Source: a virus (taxonomy: Duplodnaviria; Caudoviricetes). From it: DNA of 28,860 nt. The notes under the pieces were generated by a model. That model ran no database searches. It had not been told where the DNA came from and was given only the letters and a program-made list of their open reading frames with translations. How positions within the stretch are numbered: the first letter of the stretch is position 1; each line of letters begins with the position of its first letter. Of the stretch, positions 24,505 to 28,860 are shown piece by piece. Location of the stretch: positions 1-28,860 of IMG/VR virus record IMGVR_UViG_3300036778_000078. One strand, 5' to 3'. The position numbers and the translations under genes are program-made.

Positions 24505-25806
24505 ATGCCGGCCGACGAGCTTGCGATTGAAATCCAATACAAGCCGCGGCGGCACTTCCTGCCGGTGCACGCCTCATCGAAGCGCTGGCAGTTCATGTGC
24601 TGCCATCGCCGCGCCGGCAAGACGGTGGCGATCGCCAACCAGCTCATCCGCGCCGCGGGGCGGAATGGAAGGAAATGGCCGCCGCCGCGCTACGGCTATG
24701 TCGGGCCGTCTTTCGACCAGGCCAAAGACCTCGTGTGGGGCTATCTCAAGCAATATACCGAAGCGATCCCCGGCACTCGTCATCTCGAGGGCGAGCTCGC
24801 GTGCGTGCTCCCCAATGACGCGTCGATCAAGCTCTATGGCGGCGCGGCGGCCTACGAAAGAATGCGAGGCATGTATTTCGACGGGATCGCGTTGGACGAA
24901 TACCCGCTCTTAAATCCCGCGGTGCTGTCGACCGTGGTTCGGCCGTGCCTGGCCGACTATGGCGGGTGGGCGATCGTCTCGGGCACGTCCAACGGCGACG
25001 ATCATTTCAACCAGTTAAGATTGAAATACGAGGACGATCCGCGCTGGGATTTCCACATCATCCCGCTCTCGGCGACCGGCGAGGAGGCCTTGTCGAAGGA
25101 GGAGTCGCACGAGCTCACCCAAGACATGAGCCCGGAGGAATACGCGCGCGAAATGGAGTGCTCGTTCGACGCGCCGATCGAAGGCTCCTATTACGGCGAG
25201 CTCCTCAACAAGCTCTCGCTGCAGGGCCGGATCGGCGCGGTCCCGGTCGATCTTTCGGTTCCGGTCATCACCGCTTGGGACTTGGGCATCCACGATTATT
25301 GCTGCATCTGGCTCTATCAGATTTGCGGCCGCGAAATTCACTTCGTCGACTATATCCAAGGGAGCGGCAAAGGGCTCGACTATTACGCCGGCGAGCTCGA
25401 GCGCAAAGCCCACGAAGGCGGCTTTCGCTTCAAGTGTCATTGCTTGCCGCACGACGTCGAAGCGCGCGAGATCACCTCGGGGAGCTCGCGCCGGCTCTAT
25501 CTCGAGGGCCAGCTCGACGAGCCGATCATCACCGCCCCTTACGCCTCGGTCGAGGACGGAATCGCCGCCTGCCGCGGCCTCCTCGGCCTGTCGTTCTTCG
25601 ACGCGGTGCATTGCAAGAAGGGCCTGGCGATGCTGCGCGGCTACCGCAAGGGCAGGACCGGCCGCCCGGTGCACGACCCCGAGCCCTATAGCCACGGCGC
25701 GGACGCCTATCGCACCTTCGCCGTGGCCTTCCCGATGGTTGGCGGTTTTTCGCACAAGAGCTTCGGCCAGGGCGCGCTCAAGCGCCGCATTCGCGGCTTG
25801 ATCTAA
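24505..25806 (+). CDS. terL: Terminase large subunit
   Basis: Walker A HRRAGKT, Walker B GIALDE, SGTSNG coupling motif, nuclease AWDLG..D and SHGADA. Confidence 0.95.
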   Translation: MPADELAIEIQYKPRRHFLPVHASSKRWQFMCCHRRAGKTVAIANQLIRAAGRNGRKWPPPRYGYVGPSFDQAKDLVWGYLKQYTEAIPGTRHLEGELACVLPNDASIKLYGGAAAYERMRGMYFDGIALDEYPLLNPAVLSTVVRPCLADYGGWAIVSGTSNGDDHFNQLRLKYEDDPRWDFHIIPLSATGEEALSKEESHELTQDMSPEEYAREMECSFDAPIEGSYYGELLNKLSLQGRIGAVPVDLSVPVITAWDLGIHDYCCIWLYQICGREIHFVDYIQGSGKGLDYYAGELERKAHEGGFRFKCHCLPHDVEAREITSGSSRRLYLEGQLDEPIITAPYASVEDGIAACRGLLGLSFFDAVHCKKGLAMLRGYRKGRTGRPVHDPEPYSHGADAYRTFAVAFPMVGGFSHKSFGQGALKRRIRGLI

Positions 25807-25857
25807 GCCCCATTCGGGCTAAAATGGCGCGTTAGCGGAATCGAAACGACCTCCCAC

Positions 25858-25883
25858 AGCCCCGATTCGTCGGGGCTTTTTTT
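25858..25883 (+). terminator. Intrinsic terminator after terL
   Basis: AGCCCCGA-TTCG-TCGGGGCT followed by a T-run. Confidence 0.85.
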
Positions 25884-26102
25884 GCGCCTTTTCCGCCATC
25901 GTGGCGAAGATTCGACAAACCGGCGCATTTCCCCTAACCATTGCCCCGCGCTGGACGGTCATAGGTCGCTTGAGAGCGATGACGTCCCATTGCGCGCGCC
26001 GCTCCTCAAAACGCGAAACCCCCGACGAATTGCCGTTCGCCGAGGGCTCTCCTGTTGGTCGTGTGCTTCGCAAACACACTCCTACCAGGGGACTTTGACG
26101 AA

Positions 26103-26870
26103 ATGAACAAGCTTCTTCTCACTGCAGCGTTCCATAGCCCGTTCGGAAGAACGGGCGTCTTTTTGGCCGCCCTATGCGCGTTTGGCGCGTCGCCGGCGAA
26201 CGCGACGCTTCAAATTGCCTTCGACGTCGGCGCGTCGAGCTTCTTTTGCGCCGACAATGCCGCTTGCGACTCGAACCCGGCCGTCGGCGTGTTGGCGATC
26301 GGCGACCAGACGATCAACGGCGTCCAAGTCAACGGCTCGATTCAGACCGCCTTGCACGGCAGCCTGGCCGTGCTCGACACGTCGTCGCTGTCGATCATCA
26401 ACGGCAATGCGGCGCCGGTCGCGATCGCCGCCGCGGTGAGCGACACCGGCTTTTTCACCACCTCGAATTCGGTGGTCATCGGCGTCGCCGGATCCGGAAC
26501 CTGGCTCAACGCCATCGGCTCGAGCACGACTCTCGGTTGGTTCGTCGACCCGTTGAACCGGCAAGGGGCCGACTTCGCCACCGACACGCCAGGCGTCGAA
26601 GTCGGATCGTTCTTTAACGCGCCAGCGCTCCCCGTCGACTCGTTCTCCGACACGGCGAAATTGAGCTTTGCGGTGCCTTCGCCGTTCTCAATGACGCTCG
26701 CAGCCTCGGGCGTCCTGGCCGGCGAAGGGGCGCTGATCAGCCGCGGCCAGGACATCGCCGCGACCAACGTTCCCGAACCGTCGACGTGGGCGCTCATGGC
26801 GCTTGGCTTTGGCTTGATTGGCCTGTTGGCCCGCGCGCGCCCGCGCCGGCCGGCTCGCTTCGCCGCATGA
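26103..26870 (+). CDS. Secreted PEP-CTERM (PEPxxWA-type) sorting-domain protein
   Basis: Signal peptide ending ASPANA; C-terminal VPEPSTWALMALGFGLIGLLARARPRR. Confidence 0.9.
   Translation: MNKLLLTAAFHSPFGRTGVFLAALCAFGASPANATLQIAFDVGASSFFCADNAACDSNPAVGVLAIGDQTINGVQVNGSIQTALHGSLAVLDTSSLSIINGNAAPVAIAAAVSDTGFFTTSNSVVIGVAGSGTWLNAIGSSTTLGWFVDPLNRQGADFATDTPGVEVGSFFNAPALPVDSFSDTAKLSFAVPSPFSMTLAASGVLAGEGALISRGQDIAATNVPEPSTWALMALGFGLIGLLARARPRRPARFAA
26133..26176. repeat. Palindromic REP-like element inside the signal-peptide coding region
   Basis: CATA-GCCCGTTC-GGAA-GAACGGGC-GTCTTTTTGGCCGCC-CTATG. Confidence 0.55.
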
Positions 26871-26898
26871 GCTCCCGAAAGGAGAGAGGAGAAACATC

Positions 26899-27393
26899 AT
26901 GACAGTGTTGAAAGTTCTCGGCGGCTACCTCGAGGTTGAGGGCGCCGGCGGTTCGGGCGGCGGCCAACCGCCCGGCATTTGGGGCGGCGGCAATGAAGGC
27001 TTCCCCACTCATCCGATCGCGCCAGGCGGCCCGCCACCCGGCATCTGGCCGAGCCCTGGCCACCCGGCTCACCCGATCGCGCCAGGCGGCCAACCGCCCG
27101 GCTTCTGGGGCGGAAAGCCGCCGCCGTGGGTCGACAATACCCTGCCTGGCCAGCCGCCCGGCACTTGGGGCGGGGCCAATGAACCGTTCCCGACGCCGCC
27201 GATCTACTTCCCGCCAGAACAACCGCCGACCGAGCCGCCGACCGATACGACCAGCGTTGAGTGGAAAACTGGTTGGACCGCCGATTCGGGTTGGGTGATG
27301 GTCGGCATTATTCAGACCGACGCGCCCATTCCGACTCCGTCGACCGCGCCGTCGACCGGCGGCTCGGGGCGGCGAAGCAAGTCCGCGACGTAA
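26899..27393 (+). CDS. Pro/Gly-rich repeat protein
   Basis: GAGGAG RBS; repeated (Q/P)PPG(I/F/T)W and HPIAPGG. Confidence 0.75.
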   Translation: MTVLKVLGGYLEVEGAGGSGGGQPPGIWGGGNEGFPTHPIAPGGPPPGIWPSPGHPAHPIAPGGQPPGFWGGKPPPWVDNTLPGQPPGTWGGANEPFPTPPIYFPPEQPPTEPPTDTTSVEWKTGWTADSGWVMVGIIQTDAPIPTPSTAPSTGGSGRRSKSAT

Positions 27394-27396
27394 CTC

Positions 27397-27501
27397 ATGC
27401 GTGAACTCGCCGAGATCATGATGTTCTTGGCGGCCTTCGCCGGCGTCGTGTGCGCGATGAAGCGCGCCGGCTTCGGGAACGGTGGCGAAGATGGCGCTTG
27501 A
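27397..27501 (+). CDS. 34-aa hydrophobic peptide
   Basis: MRELAEIMMFLAAFAGVVCAMKRAGFGNGGEDGA*; fills the gap before the portal gene. Confidence 0.35.
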   Translation: MRELAEIMMFLAAFAGVVCAMKRAGFGNGGEDGA

Positions 27502-28860
27502 GCGCATCTTCGCCACCTTCAAGGACAGCGGGGCGCCGCACGGCGGCTTCGATCCCGCCGATCCCGAGACTTATGAGCAATTCATCCAAGCGCTGATCCG
27601 CGACTCGAAGGATTACGAGGGCTCGGTGCTCGCGCCCAATCGCGACAGCGCGCAGAAGTATTATTACGGGCTCCTGCCAGCCCTGAACCCCGACGGCTCG
27701 CCCTACACCGACACCCAAATCATCCAGCAGCCCGACGCCACTTACGAGCAAATCCTCGGCGGCGATCAGGACAGCTCAAACAAGTCGACCTATGTTTCGA
27801 CCGACGTGCGCGACGCCATCATGCTCGTCATGCCGGCGCTCATCCGCCTGTTCGACGCGAGCGAGAACGTCGTTTCGCTCATTCCGCGCACCGAAGCCGA
27901 CGTCGCCGCGGCCGAGCAACAGACGAACTACATCAACTATGTGTTCTGGCAGGACAACCCCGGATTCTTGATCCTGCACGGGGCGTTCAAAGACGCGCTC
28001 ACCGTCAAGACCGGCTTCGTCAAATGGTGGACTGACGATCACAAGGAAACGAAGTCCAAGACCTATGTGAACGTCAACCAGCAGCAAATCCAAATGCTGC
28101 AGCAGCAGGACCAAACCGCCAAGATCATCCATCTCGGCGAGCTCGATCCGCTGATCCAAACCTATTCGGAAGTCGTTTTCGAGTATCAAGTCGACAAGCC
28201 CTTGATCAAAGTCGCCGGCGTGCCGCCCGAGGAGATGCGGCTCGACCGCTATGCGCGATCGTTCGGGCTCTCGCGCCTCGTCGGCCATCAACGCGTCGTG
28301 CCGATCGATGAGCTCACCGGCATGGGCTACGACCGCGAGCAATGCCTCGAACATTTGCAAAGCCAGAACGTCAACGAATTCACGATGGAGGCGCAGCTCC
28401 GCAATCCGGGGCGCAACATGTCGACCCGCGTCGCCGACGGCGTGCTCTATGGCGAGTGGTTCATCAAGATCGATAAGGACGGCGATGGCGTCGCCGAGCT
28501 CCGCTACATCTGCACGATGGGCGAGGACGCCGAAATCGTCCACGATGAAGTCGCCAACCGGATCAAGTTCGCCCATTTCGGCGTCGACCCGATCTCTCAC
28601 ACCATCGTCGGCGACTCGCTTGCCGACTACACCATGGATTTGCAGCGCATCAAGACGAACATGATGCGCAACACGCTCGACAATCTGGCCGAGTCGATCA
28701 ATCCCAAGACGGTCATCAACGAGCTCAACACCATCGTCGACGACGCGCTCAACGATGAAGTCGGGGCGGTGATCCGCACCCGCGGCGATCCTCGATCCGC
28801 GGTGCAATTCGCCAATATCCCGTTCGCCGGCCAGCAAGTGTTGCCGATCCTGCAATTGCT
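27491..28860 (+). CDS. Portal protein, P22-like (3'-partial)
   Basis: Open to the window end, so absent from the ORF track; NRDSAQKYYYG...KSTYVSTDVRDAI..VMPALIRLF...TNYINYVF..DNPGF.ILHGAFKDAL..KTGFVK. Confidence 0.9.
   Translation, partial: MALERIFATFKDSGAPHGGFDPADPETYEQFIQALIRDSKDYEGSVLAPNRDSAQKYYYGLLPALNPDGSPYTDTQIIQQPDATYEQILGGDQDSSNKSTYVSTDVRDAIMLVMPALIRLFDASENVVSLIPRTEADVAAAEQQTNYINYVFWQDNPGFLILHGAFKDALTVKTGFVKWWTDDHKETKSKTYVNVNQQQIQMLQQQDQTAKIIHLGELDPLIQTYSEVVFEYQVDKPLIKVAGVPPEEMRLDRYARSFGLSRLVGHQRVVPIDELTGMGYDREQCLEHLQSQNVNEFTMEAQLRNPGRNMSTRVADGVLYGEWFIKIDKDGDGVAELRYICTMGEDAEIVHDEVANRIKFAHFGVDPISHTIVGDSLADYTMDLQRIKTNMMRNTLDNLAESINPKTVINELNTIVDDALNDEVGAVIRTRGDPRSAVQFANIPFAGQQVLPILQL

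Noticed and set aside
25829-25856. tRNA-like 3' end on the - strand (GTTTCGATTCCGCTAACGCGCCA)
   Set aside because: The T-stem does not pair and no cloverleaf can be built
27776-28855. 359-aa - strand ORF and similar long antisense ORFs (2733..3611, 25015..25755)
   Set aside because: Shadow frames opposite the portal, integrase and terminase genes in high-GC DNA

Overview
The whole window is a temperate podovirus-like (P22-type portal) phage genome of a high-GC alphaproteobacterial host, probably Rhizobiales. No host genes are visible. Virion-type genes abut an attP-like gap and the integrase, so this looks like the excised, circularly permuted form. Order: putative ejection/virion proteins; attP; int and xis-like; leftward recombination operon (HNH, NinB, YqaJ exonuclease, ERF); cI/cro switch; VRR-NUC, adenine methyltransferase and nuclease; a truncated initiator-like ORF followed by a hairpin-dense gap; RHH and second XRE regulators; a leftward cassette of low-complexity proteins with a second TerS-like gene; a long hairpin; a leftward early anti-defence-like operon (ardC, small ORFs, Aca-like HTH); a packaging-site-like gap with a parS; Acb2/Tad1-like ORF; terS; terL; PEP-CTERM protein; portal (partial). 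The most striking signals are two dispersed operator families. CGGATA-N3-TATCCG links the early operon promoter to the integrase promoter. Tandem TTCGCCA-N3-TGGCGAA-type boxes spaced 19 bp apart precede both early and late operons. All family calls come from motifs recognised by eye, not from database searches.
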